Positions 1 to 7,045 of a stretch of DNA of 33,913 bases are shown in pieces (positions within the stretch are counted from its first letter, which is position 1; every line of letters starts with the position of its first letter). Source of the DNA: a virus (lineage: Duplodnaviria; Caudoviricetes); IMG/VR virus record IMGVR_UViG_3300020045_002634, positions 1-33,913 of that record; one strand, given 5' to 3'. The notes below the pieces were generated by a model. That model did no database searches, was not told the origin of the DNA, and worked only from the letters and a program-made list of their open reading frames with translations. The position numbers and the translations under genes were made by a program.

Positions 1-121
1 TTAATCCGAATGAAGTGACATGGAATGATGTTGTATTTGAACTTAAAAATGCCCGAAGCCGTGAAGGTAAAAAATACCATTTCAAATGGTCGGATCACGC
101 TATCGAAATATTAAAGCGAAA
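1..121. repeat. Terminal overlap identical to 33793-33913 (circular assembly overlap)
   Basis: ttaatccgaatgaagtgac...atattaaagcgaaa occurs at both ends, and the helicase reading frame continues across the junction. Confidence 0.97.
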
Positions 122-236
122 CGGATTAACGCCCGATGTGGTTATGGAACAAATTAAACGGTACAATGCGAATAATTGGTCACTGGGAAGCTTGCCGTAT
201 GCGATGGAAAAACAAAATTTAAAGGGTGAGAAATGA
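1..236 (+). CDS. C-terminal end of the SF2 helicase that starts at 32466 and wraps the circular junction
   Basis: The track ORF 15..236 is in frame with the ORF starting at 32466 once the 121-bp overlap is removed. Confidence 0.9.
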   Translation, partial: NPNEVTWNDVVFELKNARSREGKKYHFKWSDHAIEILKRNGLTPDVVMEQIKRYNANNWSLGSLPYAMEKQNLKGEK

Positions 237-290
237 TAGGGATACCATATATCGGAAATGTTAAGAACTACTCTTTTTTAAAGGTTAAAA

Positions 291-467
291 ATGCTCAACC
301 CAAATAACATAAAATCAATCGCCTACGATTACAAAAACGAAGTCATGGAGATTGAACTCAAAAAAGCCGAACCCATTAACGGATTCAATAAAAAGATCGT
401 AAAGATGAAATGCAATTATGATACTTTTCAAAAATATGTAAATAAATGGCAAAAAGTTATAAATTAA
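291..467 (+). CDS. Small protein (58 aa) whose N-terminus resembles the KTSC domain
   Basis: My translation: MLNPNNIKSIAYDYKNEVMEIELKKAEPING...VIN*. SD-like aaggt upstream. NIKSIAYD....MEIE recalls KTSC, but the C-terminal half does not clearly match. Confidence 0.55.
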   Translation: MLNPNNIKSIAYDYKNEVMEIELKKAEPINGFNKKIVKMKCNYDTFQKYVNKWQKVIN

Positions 468-496
468 CGTAACTTTAAGAATTAAAACGGTAAAGT
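462..496 (+). promoter_or_regulatory. Early promoter P1 (TTAAG-N11-TAAAGT) within a 20-bp repeated element
   Basis: aattaacgtaactttaagaa at 462-481 is 19/20 identical to 3517-3536. -10-like TAAAGT at 491-496. Confidence 0.6.
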
Positions 497-526
497 TATA
501 CATACCAAAAAAAAAGAGGTGAAGAG

Positions 527-1327
527 GTGAAAGAGTTAATCATAGATGAAAACTATGAAGGGATAATTGACGAAGGATACCGATATGTATATAAAGGATC
601 AATATCTTTTGAGTTTTCAATTGTATTTTCATTAAATAAATGGTTGTATGTTGAAGGTTCTATCGAAGCTGGTGAATGGATCAAAGCTGGTGGATTTATC
701 AAAGCTGGTGGAAGTATCGAAGCTGGTAGAAGTATCAAAGCTGGTGGAAGTATCGAAGCTGGTGAATGTATCAAAGCTGGTGGAAGTATCGAAGCTGGTG
801 AATGTATCAAAGCTGGTAGAAGTATCAAAGCTGGTAGATGGATCAAAGCTGGTGGATTTATCAAAGCTGGTGGAAGTATCGAAGCTGGTAGAAGTATCAA
901 AGCTGGTGGAAGTATCGAAGCTGGTAGAAGTATCAAAGCTGGTGGAAGTATCGAAGCTGGTGGAAGTATCGAAGCTGGTAGAAGTATCAAAGCTGGTGGA
1001 AGTATCGAAGCTGGTGAATGTATCAAAGCTGGTAGAAGTATCAAAGCTGGTGGAAGTATCGAAGCTGGTGGAAGTATCAAAGCTGGGTTTATCATGTTGT
1101 TTGGACATAAAGGCTCAAGCCTTGTTTTTATGGCTGGTCTTAAATATAGTATTTGGCGATGGGGGTCAATGCTTAAAATCGGATGCCAATCGTATACCAT
1201 TGAAGAATGGAAAAATTTTGATGATGAAGAAATCAAAGCTATGGATGTCGGAGCTTTAGAGTGGTGGAATGAGCATAAAATTTGGATTCTTAATTTACTA
1301 CCAAACGAAAAGGAGATCATAGAATGA
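527..1327 (+). CDS. Hexapeptide-repeat (AGxxI[E/K]) beta-solenoid protein with IGCQ...ALEWW C-terminal cap
   Basis: GAGGTG SD, GTG start, 23 six-residue repeats, C-terminal domain paralogous to 3949..4485. Confidence 0.85.
   Translation: MKELIIDENYEGIIDEGYRYVYKGSISFEFSIVFSLNKWLYVEGSIEAGEWIKAGGFIKAGGSIEAGRSIKAGGSIEAGECIKAGGSIEAGECIKAGRSIKAGRWIKAGGFIKAGGSIEAGRSIKAGGSIEAGRSIKAGGSIEAGGSIEAGRSIKAGGSIEAGECIKAGRSIKAGGSIEAGGSIKAGFIMLFGHKGSSLVFMAGLKYSIWRWGSMLKIGCQSYTIEEWKNFDDEEIKAMDVGALEWWNEHKIWILNLLPNEKEIIE
668..1081 (+). repeat. 18-bp tandem repeat x23 (gct ggt NNN NNN atc [g/a]aa)
   Basis: Read directly; 23 x 18 = 414 bp. Confidence 0.97.
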
Positions 1328-1842
1328 GATTATTTGAAATAGCGTCAGAGTTTAAATTATTGCAAGATATTTTAAACAACGATTTCGAATTTAATGAAGA
1401 AACGGGTGAAGTTATTGATAACTCAAAAGTTATTGAGGAACTTTTCAATGGGCTATCGGCCACGCTTTGGGATAAGCTTGATAATAGCGCATACGTTATT
1501 AAGGAACTTGAATCAACATCGGACGCTTTAAAAGATGAAGCTAAACGGCTGAGTGAACGTGCCAAGAATTTCAGTAATAACGCTGAACGATTAAAGAATC
1601 TAATGTCATACGCTCTCGAACAAAGCGGTGAGGATAAAGTTAAGACCGATAAATTCACATTCTCGTTTCGTAAGAGCGAAGCGGTGGAAATTGACGAACT
1701 TATCACGCCCGATGATTTCGACAGACGTTATATCAAGATTAAGCGTGATTTTGATAAGGTGAAAATCAAAGATGCCATTAAAAAAGGCGAAACGATAGAC
1801 GGTGCTAAAATCGTCACAAAACAAAATTTTCAAATTAAGTGA
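1324..1842 (+). CDS. Siphovirus Gp157-family protein (Mu Gam-like)
   Basis: KLDN.AYVIK, LKDEAKRL.ERAK, ERLK..M, FTFSFRKS..VEI, DK.KIK.AIK.GE.I.GA and terminal QIK are typical of Gp157; lies next to an annealase gene. Confidence 0.88.
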   Translation: MRLFEIASEFKLLQDILNNDFEFNEETGEVIDNSKVIEELFNGLSATLWDKLDNSAYVIKELESTSDALKDEAKRLSERAKNFSNNAERLKNLMSYALEQSGEDKVKTDKFTFSFRKSEAVEIDELITPDDFDRRYIKIKRDFDKVKIKDAIKKGETIDGAKIVTKQNFQIK

Positions 1843-1850
1843 GGTGTAAA

Positions 1851-2594
1851 ATGAGCAATATAATCCCATTCGATCAAATTCAATCAATGGCAGTATCCGT
1901 CGTTAAAAGCGGATTTTTTGGAGCGGTTAAAACCGAGGCGCAAGCTATGACGCTAATGTTAATCGCTCAGGCTGATGGCATTCATCCGATACGTGCTGCA
2001 ATGGAATATGATATTATCGGAGGAAAACCAGCACCGAAAGCCACAACGGTTTTAGCACGATTTCAAGAAAGTGGAGGAGCTGTATTGTGGATTGAATCAA
2101 ACGACAAAAAAGCGGTTGCTAAATTCTCACACCCAAAAGGAGGAGAAATTACAATCACATGGACGATTGACAGAGCGCAAAAAGCTGAATTATTAAAAAA
2201 TGATACATGGAAAAAATTCCCCGATCAAATGTTGCGCGCTCGATGTATCCCTGAGGGCGTTCGCGCCATCTATCCCGCTTGTTTAAGCGGAATGTACACA
2301 GCTGATGAGGTTATGGATATGCAAGCCACCGTCACGCCTTTGGCTGTTGCGGATGATACTTTTATAGAAATTGAAGTCGAAGAGACTCCAAAGATAACCC
2401 TAAAAGCTGAAAAGATTATTTTAGGACGTAAGCTACAAGACCTTCAATTGTCGAATGCGGATATTAAAGCCTTTGTGGCATACTATGGGATTGCAGAAGA
2501 TGTGGAAGCGATACAGGCGTTAAGCCGAGATGAGGAAGCCCTATTGTCACGGGTCAAAGAATTTGAAAATCAACAACAAAATCAAGGAGAATAA
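1851..2594 (+). CDS. RecT/Red-beta-like single-strand annealing protein
   Basis: GAGGTG SD before ATG 1851. Motifs GIHP..A, IIGGKP, WTIDRAQKA.L, WKKFPDQML.AR....VRA.YP. Located between Gp157 and SSB. Confidence 0.75.
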   Translation: MSNIIPFDQIQSMAVSVVKSGFFGAVKTEAQAMTLMLIAQADGIHPIRAAMEYDIIGGKPAPKATTVLARFQESGGAVLWIESNDKKAVAKFSHPKGGEITITWTIDRAQKAELLKNDTWKKFPDQMLRARCIPEGVRAIYPACLSGMYTADEVMDMQATVTPLAVADDTFIEIEVEETPKITLKAEKIILGRKLQDLQLSNADIKAFVAYYGIAEDVEAIQALSRDEEALLSRVKEFENQQQNQGE

Positions 2595-2596
2595 AA

Positions 2597-3016
2597 ATGG
2601 TAGTAAATCTTAAAGGCGTAAGCTCAGAAAATCCAAACGAGTATATTAAAACTGCTGGCACTTATACGCTTAAATTAATTTCAATTACAGAGGACGGGTA
2701 TGATAAAAACGGAGACCAGCGTTTAAAATTCACGTTTAAATCACACGATCAAAAAAACCATTCAGAGTCATTCAGTTTGACCGGTGAATACACATGGAGA
2801 TTAAAGCGTTTTACCGAAGCAATGAAAGCCCCCGAAATTTTTAGCGTTAATGATTTAGTGGGCCGTTATGTTTTGGCTGACATAATCTTGAATAAAAGCG
2901 GATATGCTACGGTGAACGAATTTAAATATGCTGCACAAAACGATAAACTAGACCCGATACCAGAGGTAAAAGATGAAGCGCAGGGACTAGAGGCCGAGGC
3001 GGAGGAGTTGTTCTGA
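2597..3016 (+). CDS. DUF669-like single-stranded DNA-binding protein
   Basis: AGTY...I, K.GD..LKFTF, WRLK.F, DLVGR motifs and an acidic tail ending EAEAEELF; follows the annealase. Confidence 0.75.
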   Translation: MVVNLKGVSSENPNEYIKTAGTYTLKLISITEDGYDKNGDQRLKFTFKSHDQKNHSESFSLTGEYTWRLKRFTEAMKAPEIFSVNDLVGRYVLADIILNKSGYATVNEFKYAAQNDKLDPIPEVKDEAQGLEAEAEELF

Positions 3017-3183
3017 TGGCTAAAAAGCGAAAGACGCATAAAATAACAATCAAGATGCTTGCCGAATATCTCGGAAAGTCAAAATCTACCATCTACCAAT
3101 GGGAGAAACAAAAACTTTCCCTTGCGATGCTGGGGTTTGAAATTAAAATCAAAAGCGGTGAGATCGCCGATCCACGGTTATGA
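3016..3183 (+). CDS. Small HTH DNA-binding protein (55 aa, Cro/AlpA/Xis-like)
   Basis: My translation: MAKKRKTHKITIKMLAEYLGKSKSTIYQWEKQKLSLAMLGFEIKIKSGEIADPRL*. LAEYLGKSKSTIYQW is an HTH signature; TGATG and ATGA overlaps on both sides; GGAGGAG SD. Confidence 0.85.
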   Translation: MAKKRKTHKITIKMLAEYLGKSKSTIYQWEKQKLSLAMLGFEIKIKSGEIADPRL

Positions 3184-3527
3184 CTTATCCGCTCGAGGAT
3201 GATGAACAAATAGCGTTTTGTTTATGGCTCGATAAAAACGGCTTTGATTATTTTGCAATTCCAAACGGCGGGAGTCGAAATAAAATCGAAGCCTCAAAGC
3301 TCAAAAAGACAGGCGTTAAAAGTGGCGTTTTTGATATGTTCATTTTTTTGCCGGATAAAGCATTATTCATTGAGATGAAGCGAGTTAAAAAATCGCTTTC
3401 ATCCGTATCAATAGATCAAAAATTGTTTTTAAAACGGTTAGAAAAATATCCGTATTGCATAGGCGAAATTTGTTATGGGCATCAAGAAGCGATACAATTT
3501 ATAAAAAATAATATCGAATTAATGTAA
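3180..3527 (+). CDS. VRR-NUC (PD-(D/E)xK) nuclease / Holliday junction resolvase
   Basis: EDDEQ, FAIPNGGSR, GVKSGVFD, LFIEMK and S.DQK motifs. Confidence 0.9.
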   Translation: MTYPLEDDEQIAFCLWLDKNGFDYFAIPNGGSRNKIEASKLKKTGVKSGVFDMFIFLPDKALFIEMKRVKKSLSSVSIDQKLFLKRLEKYPYCIGEICYGHQEAIQFIKNNIELM

Positions 3528-3551
3528 CTTTAAGAAATTATAGCCTATACT
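3517..3551 (+). promoter_or_regulatory. Early promoter P2 (TTAAG-N11-TATACT) within the second copy of the 20-bp element
   Basis: aattaatgtaactttaagaa at 3517-3536, TATACT at 3546-3551, same spacing as P1. Confidence 0.65.
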
Positions 3552-3556
3552 TACAG

Positions 3557-3930
3557 AATAAGTTATTTGAAATTACATTGTTAAAACGTCCAGGGTAAGC
3601 TACAGCTGAGACTTGGTTCTATTCCATTGTGCTTGTTCGGTCAATAGGTAAAATAACAAGCGTCAAATAAGCTTTTGATGGTGGTATAGTCCGTTTGGCT
3701 GAGAGAGCGAGCACAAACTATAAGTAATATACCGGAAGCGTATAGAACCAGATTTGAGTGATTATGCTACTACAAAGAGCTTTTATTCATGCCACCGCCA
3801 TAGAGGAATTTAATGTTAGAAGTTTGCAACGGTGGTATTAGTAAAAGTTTAAATGAGTGAAGAGTCCAATCAATAAATCGTTCTTAAATCCGTCGGGACA
3901 CGCAGGAACACTCAACTAACTTTAAATAAA
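3557..3930 (+). ncRNA. Candidate structured non-coding RNA or leader (family unknown)
   Basis: About 390 nt without a long ORF in an otherwise overlapped gene array. Nested complementary segments with many G-U pairs (see findings). boxA-like gttatttgaaat at 3562-3573. Confidence 0.6.
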
Positions 3931-3948
3931 AAAAAAAGGTGGTAAAAA

Positions 3949-4485
3949 ATGAAAACATATACATCAGAAGAACTAAAAGAGATTTTAGAGCTTCATAAAA
4001 AGTGGTTAAATGGTGAAGAAGGTGGGGCTAGAGCCGACTTGAGTAATGCCAACTTGAGTAATGCCAACTTGAGTAATGCCAACTTGAGTAATGCCAACTT
4101 GAGTAATGCCAACTTGAGTAATGCCAACTTGAGTAATGCCAACTTGCGTTCTGCCGACTTGCGTTTTGCCAACTTGAGTTATGCCAACTTGAGTTATGCC
4201 GACTTGCGTTCTGCCGACTTGCGTTCTGCCAACTTGCGTTCTGCCATTGGTGAAATGAGATCATTGCGATCATTCCAAATTGAAAAATATATGGTCTCTT
4301 ATACGGATTCTATTCTAAACATCGGATGCCAATCGCATACTATTGAAGAATGGGGAAATTTTGATGATGAACAAATATCAAATATGGACGATGGCGCTTT
4401 AAAATGGTGGGGAAAGTGGAAGCCTATTATCTTCCAAATTATTGAAATGTCTCCAGCTGAACCTACGGGATGGATATATTCATGA
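3949..4485 (+). CDS. Pentapeptide-repeat protein with IGCQ...ALKWW C-terminal cap
   Basis: N-terminal [20 protein letters not shown] typical of phage pentapeptide-repeat proteins; 14 A(N/D)L(S/R)x repeats; AGGTGG SD. Confidence 0.93.
   Translation: MKTYTSEELKEILELHKKWLNGEEGGARADLSNANLSNANLSNANLSNANLSNANLSNANLSNANLRSADLRFANLSYANLSYADLRSADLRSANLRSAIGEMRSLRSFQIEKYMVSYTDSILNIGCQSHTIEEWGNFDDEQISNMDDGALKWWGKWKPIIFQIIEMSPAEPTGWIYS
4033..4242 (+). repeat. 15-bp tandem repeat x14 (gcc[a/g]acttg[a/c]gtNNt)
   Basis: Read directly; six consecutive identical gccaacttgagtaat units at 4048-4137. Confidence 0.97.
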
Positions 4486-4700
4486 ACACAGACGGAAATT
4501 TGGAAGCATTAAGACGCTACGAAGACGAACAAGAACGGAACGAGGCACGATACAATCGCTCATTAAAAGAGTTTCGCGACTCAATGGACGATGCAATAGA
4601 CATATTGGTAGGCGTATTTAAAAGCAACGCCACGTTAAGCTCAATCAATCGGAATGAGTTAAAAGCAATTTTGCTTGAAGACATAGGAGAGCAGCTATGA
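4482..4700 (+). CDS. Hypothetical phage protein
   Basis: ATGA overlap with the upstream stop; acidic, predicted helical sequence. Confidence 0.75.
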   Translation: MNTDGNLEALRRYEDEQERNEARYNRSLKEFRDSMDDAIDILVGVFKSNATLSSINRNELKAILLEDIGEQL

Positions 4701-4897
4701 AAAAATTACCTAAAACGTGCTTAACGTGCAAGTTTATGGATTTTATAGATGATGATTTGAATGTTTTAATGTGCAAACATGAAAGGCATAAAACACACCA
4801 TGATCCCGATGGAATAATAGTAGATGATGATTATTGCTGCACGTACTACGAATTAAATAAATTAGTTGAGCAAGACATGAAAGACGGGTGTTGGTAA
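4697..4897 (+). CDS. Small Cys-rich protein
   Basis: CLTCKF...C...CCTYY; AGGAG SD; ATGA overlap. Confidence 0.75.
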   Translation: MKKLPKTCLTCKFMDFIDDDLNVLMCKHERHKTHHDPDGIIVDDDYCCTYYELNKLVEQDMKDGCW

Positions 4898-5043
4898 TGA
4901 GAAAAACAATCGGTGAGTTACAACATGAATACCTCACAAATCTATTATCAATCAATAAGTCGATGACGATTAAACAGTCATTACATAGAATGCAAGTCCT
5001 AAACATTTACGTAGCAGGGCTTTATATTAATTTGAAGGTTTAG
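4897..5043 (+). CDS. Hypothetical 48-aa protein
   Basis: My translation: MRKTIGELQHEYLTNLLSINKSMTIKQSLHRMQVLNIYVAGLYINLKV*; TAATG overlap. Confidence 0.65.
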   Translation: MRKTIGELQHEYLTNLLSINKSMTIKQSLHRMQVLNIYVAGLYINLKV

Positions 5044-5045
5044 TT

Positions 5046-5144
5046 ATGAGTATCCAACAAAAATTATTAGTCAAATATGTTAAATCATGGAGACCGCAGT
5101 TTTCAATACGTGAGATCATCCGATATGTTAAGGGGTTGAGATGA
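5046..5144 (+). CDS. Hypothetical 32-aa basic peptide
   Basis: MSIQQKLLVKYVKSWRPQFSIREIIRYVKGLR*; aaggt SD; fills the gap exactly. Confidence 0.55.
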   Translation: MSIQQKLLVKYVKSWRPQFSIREIIRYVKGLR

Positions 5145-5227
5145 ACCCTCAAAACACAATGATGGGAGCCGTGATAGTCATTATCACTATGCTCTATATC
5201 TACTCATATCTAAAGGGAAAAAAATGA
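5141..5227 (+). CDS. 28-aa single-TM membrane peptide
   Basis: MNPQNTMMGAVIVIITMLYIYSYLKGKK*; ATGA overlaps at both ends; aggggt SD. Confidence 0.55.
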   Translation: MNPQNTMMGAVIVIITMLYIYSYLKGKK

Positions 5228-5604
5228 ATGAAGAACAAAAGATGATTAATATGCAAAAGCATATTGAAGGACTAAGACGTGAAAATGAGATTTTGATTAA
5301 TATCGGTATCAAAAAAGAAATGATGCTACACAAAAAGTCAACACAGTTTCGCATTATGATCGGCAGTTTCGTAGCAGTGTTAATCTTCTTTGGTGTTTGG
5401 ATTTATGCGTTGTATCATGCAAACGCTTTACTTGCAGCCGATAACCAAACTAAAGAGAACTGGAAACGGTCAGCGATTGAATTGCTAGGCATGAATGCGG
5501 ATTTACGTATGGAAAACGAATATGTCAAACATGGTATGGAAGAGGCGCTAGAAAAAGGGTTTATTCAGAAAATGCCACCACCTATGGTAAAAGGCAAAGT
5601 GTGA
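5224..5604 (+). CDS. Membrane-anchored coiled-coil protein
   Basis: Hydrophobic stretch IMIGSFVAVLIFFGVWIYALY. Confidence 0.75.
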   Translation: MNEEQKMINMQKHIEGLRRENEILINIGIKKEMMLHKKSTQFRIMIGSFVAVLIFFGVWIYALYHANALLAADNQTKENWKRSAIELLGMNADLRMENEYVKHGMEEALEKGFIQKMPPPMVKGKV

Positions 5605-5837
5605 ATAAAAAAGAAATAAAACTAACAATGGTAATTGCAGCACTTGAAGCACGTATTGCAGAGCTTGAAGATAAAAATAAAGTTCTTGATTACGAAACGA
5701 TGAGGTTAAATGCAGAGCTTGAAGCTCCTAAAAGTTGTAATGGGTGTGTATACGAAGATGGTCAATGTCCGCTTATATGCGCTAGAGATAATGATAATGG
5801 TGTAAAAAATTACTACGAATCAAAGGATAGTAAATGA
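5601..5837 (+). CDS. Coiled-coil plus Cys-cluster hypothetical protein
   Basis: RIAELE repeats, then SCNGC...C..IC. Confidence 0.7.
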   Translation: MNKKEIKLTMVIAALEARIAELEDKNKVLDYETMRLNAELEAPKSCNGCVYEDGQCPLICARDNDNGVKNYYESKDSK

Positions 5838-6217
5838 TTAAAGAAGATTTATACAAACAAATGAGACGTTCTTGTGGAATAAATGAAGATGAAGCAACCT
5901 ATCACCTTGACGAGTTCTTCTCACAAAACATATGTATTCCTAAAGGAACAAACCGCCATCCGTATGCTGATGTATATCATGAAGCAGTTGAAGGAAAAGA
6001 GTTGCAATGGTCAGAAAATGGAATTAATTGGTTTGATGTTGTTCCTCCTAACTATATGTACCGCATCAAACCATCAGAGCCAGTATATGAATGGCAGTAT
6101 GGAGTGTTAAAAGAATACGCAAATGAAATCAAAGAACTTAGATGGATGACAGAAAAAGAAGCTGGTACTAATCCATATTATATCAAGGTTGAGGAAACCA
6201 AAAGAATCAGAAAATGA
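5834..6217 (+). CDS. Hypothetical phage protein (EGK.LQ...W.D...P...YRIKP type)
   Basis: AAGGA SD, ATGA overlap, motif recurrent in phage hypothetical proteins. Confidence 0.8.
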   Translation: MIKEDLYKQMRRSCGINEDEATYHLDEFFSQNICIPKGTNRHPYADVYHEAVEGKELQWSENGINWFDVVPPNYMYRIKPSEPVYEWQYGVLKEYANEIKELRWMTEKEAGTNPYYIKVEETKRIRK

Positions 6218-6516
6218 CAATAACATCACTTGATATCCATAATTTAGGTTTTAAATATAACTGGATAAATAAACATTTCAGACATTTATCGCTTGACTAT
6301 TGTTTTATCAAGGGGCACGCTCAATACACTGTTTTTAATGTATTTGATTTAATATCCTATACTGGTAGGTATACTAATTATTGTAAGAATCCTGAGCAAA
6401 GAGAAAAGTCTAATAATCTAATGAAGAAATTAATAAGGAGGCTATATGAATATAATAGCGCAAGAAATAGAAACGATGAAGTTGTTAACGACTCACCAAC
6501 AACTGTACAAGCTTAG
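6214..6516 (+). CDS. Hypothetical protein
   Basis: ATGA overlap; 100 codons open. Confidence 0.6.
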   Translation: MTITSLDIHNLGFKYNWINKHFRHLSLDYCFIKGHAQYTVFNVFDLISYTGRYTNYCKNPEQREKSNNLMKKLIRRLYEYNSARNRNDEVVNDSPTTVQA

Positions 6517-6682
6517 AAAACAATTTAGCGACTCAGATATACTTGAATCGCTTTGTGATTGTTCTAGGGGCGTTAAAATGGCTTTGGAGAGCTTAATCAA
6601 TAAAGAGTATTGCGGTACTACTGAAATTATAGAACGTATTGAGTTAGTTGATGCGGATATTATTAAGGAGATGCGAAATTGA
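6446..6682 (+). CDS. Hypothetical protein
   Basis: Strong TAAGGAGG SD upstream of the ATG. Confidence 0.75.
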   Translation: MNIIAQEIETMKLLTTHQQLYKLRKQFSDSDILESLCDCSRGVKMALESLINKEYCGTTEIIERIELVDADIIKEMRN

Positions 6683-6909
6683 AGTATACAGATTGTGAAC
6701 TTTTCGAAGTCAATGAAACGGAATGGCAGGTATTTATTCAATCTCATACCCATACAGCCAAAGAGCATTTTGAATGGTGCCATGAGCGTTTAAATGAGTT
6801 GATTATAAAATCAACAAAAGAGGATGATTGGTTAGATCCTAAAAAGAGCCAATTGAGAAATTATCGGGTTAAGGCTATGGGCTTTTACCTTGCAAAAATA
6901 GGGAGATAA
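6679..6909 (+). CDS. Hypothetical protein
   Basis: AAGGAG SD; TTGA overlap. Confidence 0.7.
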   Translation: MKYTDCELFEVNETEWQVFIQSHTHTAKEHFEWCHERLNELIIKSTKEDDWLDPKKSQLRNYRVKAMGFYLAKIGR

Positions 6910-6911
6910 AT

Positions 6912-7043
6912 ATGACACAGTTAGAAAAAGCAGTAATTTACATTAGACAAAATAGCAATTTAAGTTTTCACCATGTAGCCGTTAAGTTTGGTGTAAATGT
7001 GAGTGAGTTACAAAATACCTATAAAACATTGTTGAAGGTGTAG
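6912..7043 (+). CDS. 43-aa protein, possible psq-type HTH
   Basis: MTQLEKAVIYIRQNSNLSFHHVAVKFGVNVSELQNTYKTLLKV*; GGGAG SD. Confidence 0.6.
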   Translation: MTQLEKAVIYIRQNSNLSFHHVAVKFGVNVSELQNTYKTLLKV

Positions 7044-7045
7044 TT

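Noticed and set aside
1-121. Biological direct terminal repeat of the virion DNA
   Set aside because: The repeat falls inside the helicase gene and its length fits an assembler k-mer overlap. The true genome ends cannot be inferred from it.
15-236. Stand-alone 73-aa gene
   Set aside because: It is the in-frame tail of the helicase starting at 32466.
668-1081. CRISPR-like appearance of the repeat arrays (also 4033-4242)
   Set aside because: Units are contiguous, codon-phased and have no unique spacers, and there are no cas genes.
553-1320. Alternative-frame ORFs over the 18-bp repeat (553..1320 -, 632..1108 -, 648..1259 +)
   Set aside because: They stay open only because the repeat unit lacks stops in those frames. 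The 527..1327 frame has the SD and the conserved cap domain.
3699-3720. Hammerhead ribozyme core near ctgagagag
   Set aside because: It does not match CUGANGA, and there is no properly placed GAAA or three-stem junction.
3789-3803. Micro-ORF MPPP* as an EF-P-sensing leader
   Set aside because: No convincing SD, and the C-rich codons are explained by the hairpin stem.
4028-4273. Minus-strand HYSSW-repeat ORF
   Set aside because: Antisense shadow of the pentapeptide repeat.
1178-4410. Diversity-generating retroelement (TR/VR pair) as the explanation for the 90-bp repeat
   Set aside because: Mismatches are not confined to adenines in either copy, both copies are coding, and no reverse transcriptase is present.
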